This document shows, piece by piece, positions 1-11,892 of a DNA stretch of 64,000 nucleotides; the stretch's first letter is position 1; every line of letters begins with the position of its first letter. The translations under genes were made by a program, and so were the position numbers. Location: assembly GCF_036971445.1 (NCBI RefSeq), contig NC_091478.1:104842001-104906000 (forward strand). Reading direction: 5' to 3'. The stretch is from Narcine bancroftii. Lineage: Eukaryota. The notes beneath the pieces are model-generated. The model saw only the letters and a program-made list of their open reading frames with translations, was not told where the DNA came from and did no database searches.

Positions 1-1094
1 GGTTCAACTTGCCACATTTCAAGAGATTTGCTGTCAATTATCAATAGTAAATTGCATCGAAATGGGGAGAGGAAAGAGAACACTTTAGACAACTGCTAGG
101 AGACTAATGCAAAAAAAAGAGATGGAAGAGGTGAATACGTGGTCATATATCCGGGTAAATATGTTTCCCTTCCTGATCAAACATGTTGGGGTAAGATGTT
201 AAAAAGATGCCACATCTGAGTAGAAAAGTTAAAACAGCGTTAATTCAAAGATAGTTTCCCTTGTTTCTTGGTCAATATTTATCCTTAAACAACACTAGAA
301 ATCTCTTCATTGATATTTTAAAGCGGACATGCTATGTACATTAGTGGCTGTTGTTTTTAAGCTATACAGTACAGAAATAGCTTCGCCAAAAAATTTGCTT
401 AACTGGCCATCAAGCATTAATGTTGTCCCGATATCATGTATTCTATAAATTCCAGTCTTCATTTACATAAGTAAAAATCCCATTTTGCTGAGACCTTCAA
501 CAACATTAGACTTGAATTTTTTGTGTCATTCAGGGTTTTCATTTCAGTTTTAATTGGTATTGGAGAAAATTTGATATCTTTGGTTATAAAAATCTTCTGT
601 CAAGAAAGCCATCAATTATCAGTCTCTAGAGAGGGCAAATAAATTGAAATTGATAATTACAGAAACACACAGATCCAAAGAAAAAGGTAAAAGGTAAAAA
701 TTCCATTATTGTCACTTAATACTATATTTAGAATGTAACATATCTGAAATTCTTTAACTTTCTCTGCCATAAGGAAGACAGAGAGTCACCATTTTGTCAA
801 GCACCCCTCACAGAAATGAGGCCCCAGTGAGAAAATAACTTTTAAAATTTACAATCATCAAATTGAGCTGACATGCCAATGTTGCACGCCACTGACCAGT
901 GTATTCCAAAACATAGGGATTGATCAGTAGACTACATGTGTTATTGGAATATGATGTGAAGCATTCGTATAAGAAATGAACAAAAGTGTAAATTCTGCAT
1001 GGCTGACCTTATTGCTAGCACAGAATTTATTTGATGAAATAAAAATATTTATTTTTCAAGCAGATCTTCATCTGTTCTTTTTTTTTGTTTTTTT

Positions 1095-2700
1095 ATAACC
1101 ATATAACCATATAACAGTTTATGGCATGGAAACAGGCCATCTCGGCCCTTCAAGTCCATGTCAGTTCACTCAAACAACTCTGCTAGACCCACCCGCCTAT
1201 TCTCCGCCCATAACCCTCCAACCCCCTCCTATCCATGTATATATCCAGCCTCCTCTTAAATGAAAGAATTGACTCTTCCTTAACTATTTCCTCTGGAAGA
1301 TTATTCCATTCAGCCACCACTCTCTGAGTGAAGAAACATCCTCTAATGTTTCTCCTAAAATTTTGCCCCCTTACCCTCAACTTGTGTCCTCTTGATTCAA
1401 CCTCCCCTGCTCTCAGGGGGAAAAGTCTACTTGCATCTAGTCTATGTATTCGTTTCATAATTTTAAACACCCCAATCAAATCCCCTCTCAACTGTCCACG
1501 TTCCAATGAATAAAGTCTTCATTTACATAAGTAAAAATCCCTCTTCAATCTTTCTCTGTACTCTAGGTATTTTAAGCCAGGCAACATCCTTGTAAATCTT
1601 CTCTGCACCCTCTTCACCTTATCTGTATCCTTCCTATAATTTGGAGACCAGAACTGAACACAATACTCCAAACCTGGCCTCACCAACACCTTAAACAGTC
1701 GCAGCATCACTTCCCAGCTCCTATACTCTATGCTATGATTTATGAAGGCAAACATACCAAATACCTTCTTAACCACCCTGTCAACATGGGAATCCACCTT
1801 CAAGGAACACTGCACCATAACTCCAAAATCTCTTTGTTCTTGTGCATTCCCCAATGTCCTCCCCTTTACTACATATGTCCTATTTTGATTATTTTTTTCC
1901 GAAATGAAGCACCTCACACTTCTCTACATTAAATTCCATCTGCCATCTTTCAGCCCAACTCTCCAGACAAACCAAATCCCTCTGTAATCCCTGAAAAACT
2001 TCCTTGCTATCCACCACTCCCCCTATTTTCATATCGTCTGCATATTTACTTACTTAGTTAACCACCCCATCATCCAAATCATTAATATAAATGATGAACA
2101 ACAGGGGACCTAGCACCGATCCTTGAGGCACGCTGCTCGTCAGGCTTCCATCTTGATAGACAGTTGTCCACCATGACCCTCTGCTGTCTCTCCTCCAGCC
2201 ACCTCTAAACCCATTTTACTATTTCTCTATCTATCCATAGTGACTGAACCTTCCTTACTAACCTTTCATGTGGAACCTTAACAAAAGCTTTGCTAAAATC
2301 CAGATAGACTACATCAGCTGACCAACCTTCATCCACCTTTCTTGTCACTTCTTTGAAAAACTCAACAAGGTTCGTCAAACATGACTTCCCCTTCACAAAC
2401 CCATGCTGGGTGCTCCTGATCAATCCCTGCCTATCCAGATATTTAAACACACCATCTCTAAGAATAGCCTCCATAACTTTCCCTACCACTGAAATCAAAC
2501 TTACAGGCCTACAGTTACTTGGCCGACAGCTCGAGCCTTTTTTAAACAATGGAACCCTCCACACCCTCCTCCAGTGATCGTTGAAAAATCACTGACACTG
2601 CCTCTGCTATTTGCTCCCTGACCTTCCTTAACGTCCTGGGGAAAATCCCATCAGGATCAAGAGACTTATCCACTTTTACTGGCCCTTAGAAGCTCCAGTT
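1095..2700 (-). mobile_element. CR1 LINE, 5'-truncated 3' part of ORF2
   Basis: ORFs 2205-2564 (QHGFVKGKSCLTNL, VYLDFSKAF), 1519-1917 (LEYCVQFWSP) and 1183-1506 (LRGDLI..FFTQRVV); (ATAACCAT)n tail near 1096. Confidence 0.92.
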
Positions 2701-3564
2701 TTAATCGTTAAAACAGAAAAAAAAATCTTTAGTCCTAATTCCAATTTATTCTGAGTTTTCCATTGCTAATTTTCCTCTGGTTGATGTGAAGAGGTGGAAA
2801 TTAAAAACGTTGACAGTATAGCATTCATAGATTGTTCCACAAATTCAATAGCCATTTGAGAACCATTCTAGATATTGGAAGCATCTGTTAGCAGGTAAAT
2901 GTGTAACCACCTTTAAAAGTACTGAAAATTGAATGTCCACCCTAAAAGAAATGAAGTCTATTTCAGTAACCTTTCTGATAACTGGAAACTTGTCAACAGT
3001 CAGAGTTAACCCTGTTTCCAGGTTTCTCAAATTAACAGTCCCATTCATCAGAAAAACAAACAAAGGAACTTAATATTCACTTCACACCATTCAGTTTTGA
3101 ACAAAAAGATTTGTTTCCTATAACACAGGGTGTTAGACCAAGGAGTTAACCTTTTATAATGAAACCCTTGTGATACAGTCGCTGATATCGTCACAGGACG
3201 ATGGGTGACCTCAGTACTGAATCTAATCATTTGCTGTAAATTCTCTGCACGTTTTTTACCATGTCCACTTCTCAGTTAATTCATTAACAGTTCATATCCT
3301 GTCACAGCAACACTTTTAAGTGGCTGGTGACCTTGTTAATGGAAGTCCTATCATTACCCCTTAACGTCTTCCTCTGTTAAAGGCAACTATGTTTGTATCC
3401 TCTCATTTATTCTCCACCAGATCTTTAATCAATGTAACTGCTATTCCAGTCTATCCTAACTCTGTTCAAAATCACTTGAGGTGCCAATCTTTAACTAGTA
3501 GTTAATACTTTCAGGCTTGAATGGATTGCCCATTTCCAAGCAGTGGCAATCAATACACTGGAAA

Positions 3565-3583
3565 TAGACACTAGATGGTGCTC
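3565..3583 (+). promoter_or_regulatory. CTCF motif candidate in an MTHFSD intron
   Basis: TAGACACTAGATGGTGCTC fits the CCACTAGATGGCGC core. Confidence 0.4.
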
Positions 3584-4624
3584 CAGCACATGATGAGCCT
3601 TAAGCAGTTAGCCAGGAGCAGAAATATCCAACCACCCCCCCCCCCCCCACCCCCCACCATCCCCCACCCCTCCCAAAGTTAAAAGCAACAACTGCATGAT
3701 TTTCTGGTCATGAAGAGTCTTTTGAATTTGGCTTATCATAACACAGCCAACGTATCAAATGAAGATATCTAAGGAAAATATAAAAGTTAGAAGACAGAAA
3801 AGACCGCCCAGAATTTTCACACAGGCTCCTCACTGGAATAGTCAGGTCATATTTACCCAAAGTTCATAAGTTTGATTTCATAGTTGGGTAACATGGAAAA
3901 AGTTGTGACTTTACTCAATTTAGAATCTTGTGAAAGAGCTTCAGCCATGATGTGTTTGCTTGGCAAAGGAAAAAGGTCAGTATTCAAACTTTTCCATGTG
4001 TATATTTGTATGATGGCTAAACTATGGACTAAACCAAGGAACTAGTGCAAGCATCAACTGAACAACGCTAGTCCAAACCTAATCAATGGGTTCCTTATCT
4101 TCAACTTAATAGGCCATTTTCTGTCCTAACATTTGGAAATTTTTTTTTTAAGTCACAACCTGGTTTTCCAAAACTCACAACACCCAAGACATGTCAACCC
4201 ACCACACCCTTACACCAGCATAGATGTGGATTAAGAGTGTTTGTGGAAAATTGAGAATGCATAGAATTTGTTGCAGGAATGTAAGCAAAAGGATGAGAAA
4301 GCCATGCCTGTACCTTATTCATTTTGATGTCCGATTCCATTCTCTCAGTTAATGTCCAAAGAAAACATTGATCCGAACAAACAATCTGCTTGGGTTACTC
4401 AGCATCAAGGTCAAGCAGCGACAATGGGAGGAAAAGATTTATCAGCTTTTCAAGTTGGAACTCTTCACCTGGCTTGTTGTTCCAAATGCCAACATCAGCA
4501 GATTCTCATATGTCAACCATTGATGCAGTTGTGCAATGCTGTGACACATATGTCACTTGTCTTGTTTAGTATGGAAAGAAGATTTGGGTATGAAAAGATG
4601 TTTTATTATATTATTACACAGTCG

Positions 4625-5130
4625 TGCTGAGATTGGGAGTATTATTATGCACAATTTTTGTTCCCATATCTCTGAAAGTAAATACTTGACATAGAAGGAA
4701 TGGATCAAAGGTTCATCAAGCTGCTTCTTAACTTATTTGAGGACATTCTGAATAGACCAGGCCTCTACTTTCTAAAGATCAGAAGAATGAGAACTGATCT
4801 CATTGAAATTGGCAAAATTAAGAGGGTTTCTCAGGCTATACACTGAAAGAATGTTTCCTCTAGCTGGGAAGTTGAGAACAATGTGTTACAGTCGCAAAAT
4901 AAGGGGAAGGCCATTTAGTACTGAAATGAGGTTTCTTTTCAAAAGCCGGTGAGTCTTTGGAATTCTCTAATTCAAGAGAGCTTTGGAGTCTCAATTGTTG
5001 ACTGATTTCAAATTGATAGATTTTTGTATAATTGAGGAATTAAGAGGTAGAAGGTTAGGGCATAAGAAGCATTGAGGGAGAAGATAGCAGAGTTAGCTCA
5101 AGGAGGTGAATGGCCTCCTCATGCTCCTAA
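4625..5130 (+). mobile_element. Old CR1 LINE 3' fragment
   Basis: Degenerate CR1 C-terminal and 3'UTR motifs (agaagaatgagaactgatctcattgaa; gaatggcctcctcatgctcct). Confidence 0.65.
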
Positions 5131-5201
5131 GCCTAATCATCTTAAAATCCAGCAGTGTACTAAAAACAGGAACAGGATTTATTCATTAGCGATGTACGCA
5201 C

Positions 5202-5315
5202 CTGAGCCGTTGAACACACTCGTAACATTTCCTTTGAGACTCCAGGAGGTGGAACGATTTTGTTGAACAATCCTGTTCTTAGCCGGGGTGTTGGGACTAA
5301 CAATGTTTTTCTAGC
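5202..5315 (-). CDS. MTHFSD: MTHFSD coding exon [38 protein letters not shown]
   Basis: 114 nt, tttatttctgtAG acceptor and CAG|GTGCGT donor; [16 protein letters not shown] is diagnostic. Later exons were not found in the window. Confidence 0.95.
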
Positions 5316-5679
5316 CTACAGAAATAAAGTGTACACTATTTACATCTGCCCACAAAGAATACATGGTGTTACCATGCATGTTATGTTAATATTATAAATC
5401 TGTGAGATCTTCAACATTTCTACTAACTCCATTGTTCAGAGTTCCTCCATGTTCCACAAATAAAACATGTTCACACATGATGCAAATGATCTTTATTACT
5501 TGCTTGTGAGTATTGCTTTTTTTCTTCATTTTCCATTCTCCTGAAAGCACATACCTGTGAAGGTTTGTAATTCCATAACATCCAGTACTCCTCGAAAATT
5601 TAGTGGTTGGTAATCATTTTAAGCTTGGACACGAGTGTCACTGGGCAACTCAACTTGCAAATTAGCCTTTGTCCTCAGA

Positions 5680-7312
5680 GGGAATGCAACTCCAAAACAT
5701 TTTGTACATTCATTAAAAATGAGAGGGTAACCAAGGAGAGGGTAGGTCCACTCGGGGAGGGAATTTATGCCCTGAGTCAGAGAAAATGTGTGAGGTACTA
5801 AATGAATACCATGCATTGGTATTGACCAAAGAGAAGGGCAAGGAGTGGTATGTTGATATTCTAGGGCATAGGGCTATTAAGGAGGAGGTGTTGGGTCTCT
5901 TGAAGACCATGAGAGTAACTAAGTCCCCAGGGTCCAATGGGATCCATTCCATGTTATTGAGAGAAGACTGCTGGGGCCTTGAGAGATCTTTGTACTCTCT
6001 TTATCCACAGGTGAAGCCCCAGAAGACTGGAGATGAATCAAAGTTCTTCTTCTGTTTAAGAGGGTGATAGAGACAAATTAGAACATTGTAGGCTGGTGAG
6101 CATTTCATCAGTGGTAGGGAAATTATTGGAGAAGATTCTGATGGGTAGTCTTATTCACATCTGGTTGGTACAGCATAAAACGTTATTAGGGAGAGTCAAC
6201 ATGGTTTTGTGCTGAGGTGGTCATATCTTACAAACGATTGAGGAGATGATGAAAATGATCGATAAAGGTAGTAGATAGATTATTTTCAGACTTTTTTAGG
6301 GCTTTCAACAAGGTCTTTCATGGTAGGCTGATCCAGATGAATGAAGGCACATGGGACTTATGGAGAATTGGTAGATTACATTCAAAATTGGCATGGATAC
6401 AGAAGACAGGGTAGTGGTGGTGGGGTGTAATTGTGTCTGGAGGTCTGTGACAGTTGCTGAAGATGTATACAGTGATTTGGACAAAAAATGCAGGTGGGCT
6501 GATTAGTTTGCAAATGGCACAGCAATCAGTTGAATTATGAAGAGTAAGAAAGGTTATCAAACAATTCAGCCATGATAATAGTCTGGATGGAAATATGGAG
6601 AGAGAAATGGCAGAACTTAATCCAAACAAGTGTCAGGTGTTACACTTTGGAAGCATACAGGAAAGGGCGGCATCCTCAGGAGATTGAGAGATCTTGGGAT
6701 GCATGTCCAAAGCTCCCTGAAAGTGGGAACACAAGAAGAAAGGGTGGTAAAGAAAAGCATACCTTGTTTGGTCAGGGTGTCGAGTATAAAAGCCAGGAAG
6801 TCACTTTGCAGCTGTGTGAAAAGTTGGTTAAGCCACATTGGGATCATTGCGTGCAGTTCTGGTCACTGCATTACAGGAACGGTGTGGAGTCTTTGGATAG
6901 GATGGACAGTGCAGAAGTAGTTCACCAGGATGTTACCTGGATTAGAAAGCATTAGCTGTAAGATGTTAGACAAACATGGATTGTTTTCTCTGGAGCGTCA
7001 GAGGAGTTTATAAAAGTATGAGAGGCCTAGATAGGGTATTACAGAGCATTTTTCTCTGGTTCTGGAAATGTAAAATACCAGAGAGCATACCTTTTAGGTG
7101 AGAGGTGGAAAATTTTGAGGAGTTTTATGATAAAAGTTTTCTTCTATAGGAAATGGTAGATATCGAGAACACATTGCCTGGGGCAGTGAAAGGAAGCAAC
7201 ATTTAAACAATAGCAACATTTAAGACACATTTACACAGACACATGCACAGGCAGGGACTGGAGGAATGGTCAGCACAGAAGGGCCTGCTCTTGTTCTGTA
7301 CTGTTCAATGTT
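5680..7312 (+). mobile_element. Decayed CR1 LINE
   Basis: KSPGSNGIH, caacatggttttgtg, CVQFWS motifs and a CR1 3' tail. Confidence 0.85.
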
Positions 7313-7519
7313 CTCCAATTGCAGCTGTCTGCCTTATCCTTTCAGTTTAATTTTAAGTAAAGTTAATTCTCATTTATTTATAAAGGTAAATTGAAATATT
7401 AGTTTAAAGGAATAAAGGTTACTGTCAGACATATCAAAATAGTCAGAAATTGAAGTCAAGGATGTTTCTATTCATTGGATAATAGGACTCACGCAAGTAC
7501 TGCATTTTTGGGAAATTAC

Positions 7520-8265
7520 GCTATGCCAGACAGGACAAACACTATGAATGACACAGACTAGCCTCGCTTTGAACAGTGAGACCTTGGGGTACAAATACTA
7601 TCTCCTAATTGTGACAACGTAAGTTGACAAAGAGGTGAAGAAAATATGTGGTATCCCTGTCTTCATCCTCCAAGGTATTGAGTATGGTTGTTGGGACACC
7701 ATGTTTTGGTTGTGCTTAGGGCACAGTTGATGTATTGTGTTCAGTTCTGGGTGCCACACTACATGAAGGGTGTGATTAAGCTGGAGAGGATGCAGAAAAG
7801 GTTTGCAGGAATGTTGCCAGGACTGGGGAGCATGAGTTATAAAAAGGGTTTGGATGGATGAGACTATTTTCCCTGAAACAAAAGGGATTAACAAGTGACC
7901 TTATAGAGGTTTATAAAATTATGAGAATCATCATCTATGATGGTAGATAATAAAGGTAGATAGTCACAGAATTTTTCCCATGGTAGGGGAGCCTATAAAC
8001 TAGAGAACATAAGTTCAAGGTGAGAGGGGAAGGTTTAAAGGAATCTGAGGGGCAAGTTTTTCCATACAAAGGGTGATGGACATATGGAATGAGTTGCCAG
8101 AGAAAGTGGTAGAGGCAGATAGAATTACAACATTTAAAAGACATTTGGACAAGTACATGGATTGGAAAAGTTTTGAGGGATATGGGTCAATTACAAGGAA
8201 ATGGATTTGCATAGATTGGCATTTTGGTTGTCATAGATGAGTTAGGTCATTGGGCTGTTTCCATA
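7520..8265 (+). mobile_element. CR1 LINE 3' fragment
   Basis: tattgtgttcagttctgg; gtgaccttatagaggtttataaaattatgag; tggaatgagttgccagag. Confidence 0.85.
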
Positions 8266-9769
8266 ATCAAAATATATCAAAATATCTAAACTGCTGATTT
8301 AAGTGAGCTAATTATTTGGATGTTCTTGAGTTCTGGTTCCAATTATTGAAAAAGAACTGAGCAGACATGGAGAAAAGGTATGTGTGCCAATGCATATCTC
8401 TAAATATGTTGCCACATGCAAAGATGGATGTTGGTAGGAGCAGCAGTATTGACATTTGTACCGAGTCTTGGACGGTGCAGATGAGTATGTAGGTGTGTTC
8501 ATGTTATTGTAATATGTGGTCTTTTAAAGGGGCATGGTGATTACAACTCTAAATAAGAATAACTTTGTTTCTAAAAAAGGAGAACAAAATAGCCTGCCTG
8601 ATTGAGTTATAACAGCTTGTCCCACAAACTGCATTTAAGAAACAATAGGAATGCTCAACGATTAACACAAAATCTTTTACAAGTCAACAAGCATTAAACT
8701 TAAACCATACGTGCAGTTTGTTTGGAAACAAGGAAACTTCAGGAAGGTTCCAAAGGGTGAGTTCAAATCTAGTGATGATTGTTTGGAATAATCCTTTAAT
8801 ACCCTAAAAAGCTGTAAAAAGTAATTTAAACCAACAATGATGTGTGAACATGAGATCGTGTAAACATGTTAACCTTTTCCATTGAAATAAACATTGCAAA
8901 TACATTTACACCTCAAGCAAAAGGATGTTAAAATATTGATAGAAACATATACATTTTAAAGTATTTGCACATGGATCCTTCATGTTCTATTTTACCCAAG
9001 GGATTCTTTTAATTTACCAAGTCGAACCAATGCATTGTAATGCTCTGTGGAATTCAGGATTTAAAGGATAAGACTCCTAAATTCACTTTAATCTTGGGAC
9101 TATAGTGCAGAGAATCAACAAGGAGAGAAAAGGTGATAAAATCTGACTTTGCAATATGTTGCTATTCTTTAAGCAGAGTTGTGTAATTAAGTGCCTTGGT
9201 AATTAGGTACATTTGCTAACAAGAGGTGGTACCATCCTCAAGTTGCTTATTTTATATCGCGTTGGAATGACAAACTTGGCATACTACCTGTTTTTTTTTG
9301 GAAATGTCTTCAGGATATGGGATAAAGATATTCCATTTTTATTACATTTCTTCTATTTGATAGGGTACCCATATTTTGCAAATGATTAACATTAATGCCT
9401 GAATGTTAAATTCAAAATATTATTCAGAGGCTTTTCCTCTGACATTCTAACTGCCCCTTTTGTAACCATTTAAATCTTGGAACATTATACTTATGTTTAA
9501 TATCTATGTAAATCAGACCTTCGAAAAAGAAAGTGCATGGCCAGAAAGGAAAGAGAAACAGGACAAATAGGTTGCTCTACAAGGACATGCCCAGCAGGTC
9601 AGGCTGTGCAAATGAGAGAGAGTAGAACATCGTCACAGATGGATAAGTAAAAGCAGAAATGCCAGTGATGCTGCACCCAGAGAATGCAAATTACAAGTTG
9701 AAGGATTCGACATCGGGTCTGAAAAAGTGCAACCTGCACAGATGGATTCCGTGAACTCCCACACCGACC

Positions 9770-10315
9770 TAACTCCCAGCAGACGACCATTTCAATTTTG
9801 GGCCCCACTCCCACGCAGACATATCTGACCGTAGCCTCAAGCACTGCCAAAGCAAAGCACCCGCAAATTGGAGGAAAATCTAATATTTTGTCTGGGAACC
9901 CTCCAACCAGATGGCTTTAACATCAACTTCTCCAGTTTCGTTTAGGACACTCCTGTCTCTCTCTCTCCCTCGCTCACTTTCCCTATCACTCTCTCTCCTT
10001 TCCTCCAGCTCCCAACCCCCTTCCCTCCCCATTCAGTGAGCTTTCCCTCCCCTGTCACTTCCTGCTTTTTTCTCTTCTGCCCTCCAATCTACATCTACCT
10101 ATGACTTCTTGCCTGTGGGCCTGTGCTCCTCCCCCCATCATATTATTCAGGCATCTGCCAGCTTTTCGCTCATACCTTGATGAAGGGCTCAGACCTGAAA
10201 CGTTGATTACATATCTTGATGTAACATAAAGAATGCTGTGTAACCTGCTGTGTTTCTCCAGCACTTTTGTGTACTGAACTACAATCACAGGGCCTGCAGA
10301 CTTTCTTGTTTAACT
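9770..10315 (+). mobile_element. Penelope-like retroelement 3' end (GIY-YIG C-terminus plus terminal region with hammerhead-like core)
   Basis: Translates HFNFGPHSHADIS... then RKLEENLIFCLGTLQPDGFNINFS* (9862-9945); pyrimidine-rich UTR; TTGATGA-AGGGCTCAGACCT-GAAA at 10177-10200. Confidence 0.75.
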
Positions 10316-10815
10316 CTAATATCAGAAGAGATGTATTTTTTGCTCATTTGAATCATACTTTTCTTTCAAAGTAGACACTAAACACATTGGAAGGGTCAAA
10401 ATGACTCACAGCAAACAAACAAATATCGGAGCTCTATGATTGTATTATAAAATTCAATGGAATATAATGATATCACAGCACTGCTAGAAATAACTTAAGG
10501 TTTTATGAAATATTTTATATTTTGTAGCCTCTATCAAAAGCAACAGCCAAAGTGAACTGGGCACAATCACAGCCAATATACTCAGTTTATTTTTTAATAT
10601 CTTACAGATAATATAGAAGTTTTACTTTCTATTTTAATGCTGAAATTCTCCATTTAATGAATTCACCTTAGTATATGCATTAGTACGCTTTTAAAGCAAT
10701 AACAAATAGTACCAGATTTATCATGTATCATGCAAAAAAATGTAGTACATAATTTATTAAAAATAGGATCTACCAACCTTTTTTAAGAGGTTAAATGTAG
10801 CATCACATAAAATCA

Positions 10816-11072
10816 CACCGGACAACAAACTTTTTCAAAAGGTTTGCTTCCAGAAAAAATTGGGGATTATAATAGACAACTTCAAGCTGAATACAAACAT
10901 AATTTCAGGTTTGCTGTATCACGTAGGAAGTTGGTGGATGATGTCCTGGTGAAACCTTTCAACATGCTCGTCACTTATACACCAAGATCAACAGGGAAGA
11001 AGACCAAGTGTAAATGCAGAAAAAGAATTTTCAATGACATGTAAATCACATCATTCTGTGGACATCATGGTT
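10816..11072 (-). mobile_element. Truncated Chapaev3-type DNA transposon copy
   Basis: Terminus CACCGGACAAC; homologous to 13867-14689; minus-strand HFL/LHLHLVFFP..LG..SDEH.ERFHQD remnant. Confidence 0.65.
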
Positions 11073-11074
11073 AA

Positions 11075-11430
11075 GTAAAAACACAAAATGCTGGAGCAGC
11101 TCAGCTGGTCAAACAGTCTCCTTTATGTAGCAAAGGCAAAAATACAGAACCAACATTTCGGGCTTGAGCCCTACATCAAAGTATGAGAAAATGCCGGCAG
11201 GTGTCTGAACAAGAGTAGGAGGAAGGAAAGGGGGTGGCAAAGACAGGATCCTGGAAAAATACAATGTGCTGAGTAACACAACCAACATCTGGGGGAGAAA
11301 AATTGCTGCTATTTCAGGTCAAAACCTTTCACCAAATTTGGATGAGGAGTTTTGACCCAAAATGTCAATAATTTCCTTTTCCCTCCACTGGTGCAACTCA
11401 TCCTCCAAGTTGTTCCAGCAGACTTTTTTT
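11075..11430. mobile_element. Penelope-type terminal fragments, including a fold-back pair
   Basis: The minus copy has TTGATGTAGGGCTCAAGCCCGAAATGTT at 11151-11180. The segment 11250-11430 has two such termini inverted about ~11337. Confidence 0.6.
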
Positions 11431-11633
11431 CTTTATGATTTCGAACCATTTTTAAGGGGTACAGAAAAAAAATAGAGTTGTTATAACAGCTACTGTACAA
11501 TGAGACATCCATAGGCATTCATACAGTGTGTTCATGATGGCAATTTTTATTCGAGATTTCATCTGAATCAAAATAAAAGCTTTTTGATTAAGGAGCATTA
11601 GTTCAGTCTTTTTTTAAAGTTTTGACTTATTAC

Positions 11634-11747
11634 CTGGAGAGTCGCTAAACGGATTCCTTCAAGCGGTTTGTCAGGGTCGACCTTCACATCTCTTGCTTTT
11701 ATGAAACAATCAAAGTTTTTGATTTTATTACAGGCATCATATGCACC
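11634..11747 (-). CDS. MTHFSD: MTHFSD exon '3b' GAYDACNKIKNFDCFIKARDVKVDPDKPLEGIRLATLQ
   Basis: 114 nt, phase 0-0, ctgcAG acceptor and CAG|GTAATA donor; matches the MTHFSD motif VKVDPDKPLEG.RL. Confidence 0.95.
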
Positions 11748-11776
11748 CTGCAGTGGCATAAGAAACAAAGACTTAC

Positions 11777-11892
11777 TTCTAGCACGAGCAAATAGATATT
11801 TTCCTGTGGCTTGTCAGGATTGACTTTGACAATCCGTGCATTTTTGAACTCTTGGAGACTTGGCAAATTTTCTGCGGCCTGAGCAGAAACCC
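11777..11892 (-). CDS. MTHFSD: MTHFSD alternative exon '3a' (..SAQAAENLPSLQEFKNARIVKVNPDKPQENIYLLVLE); frameshifted from AG 11893, in frame from AG 11879
   Basis: Paralogue of the neighbouring exon (VKVNPDKP vs VKVDPDKP) with a GTAAGT donor at 11776. Length 116 nt from the first AG or 102 nt from the internal tttctgctcAG. Confidence 0.8.

Noticed and set aside
1-5200. Next MTHFSD exon (DLVVVGSVAVS-type)
   Set aside because: No matching frame found by eye; presumably left of the window.
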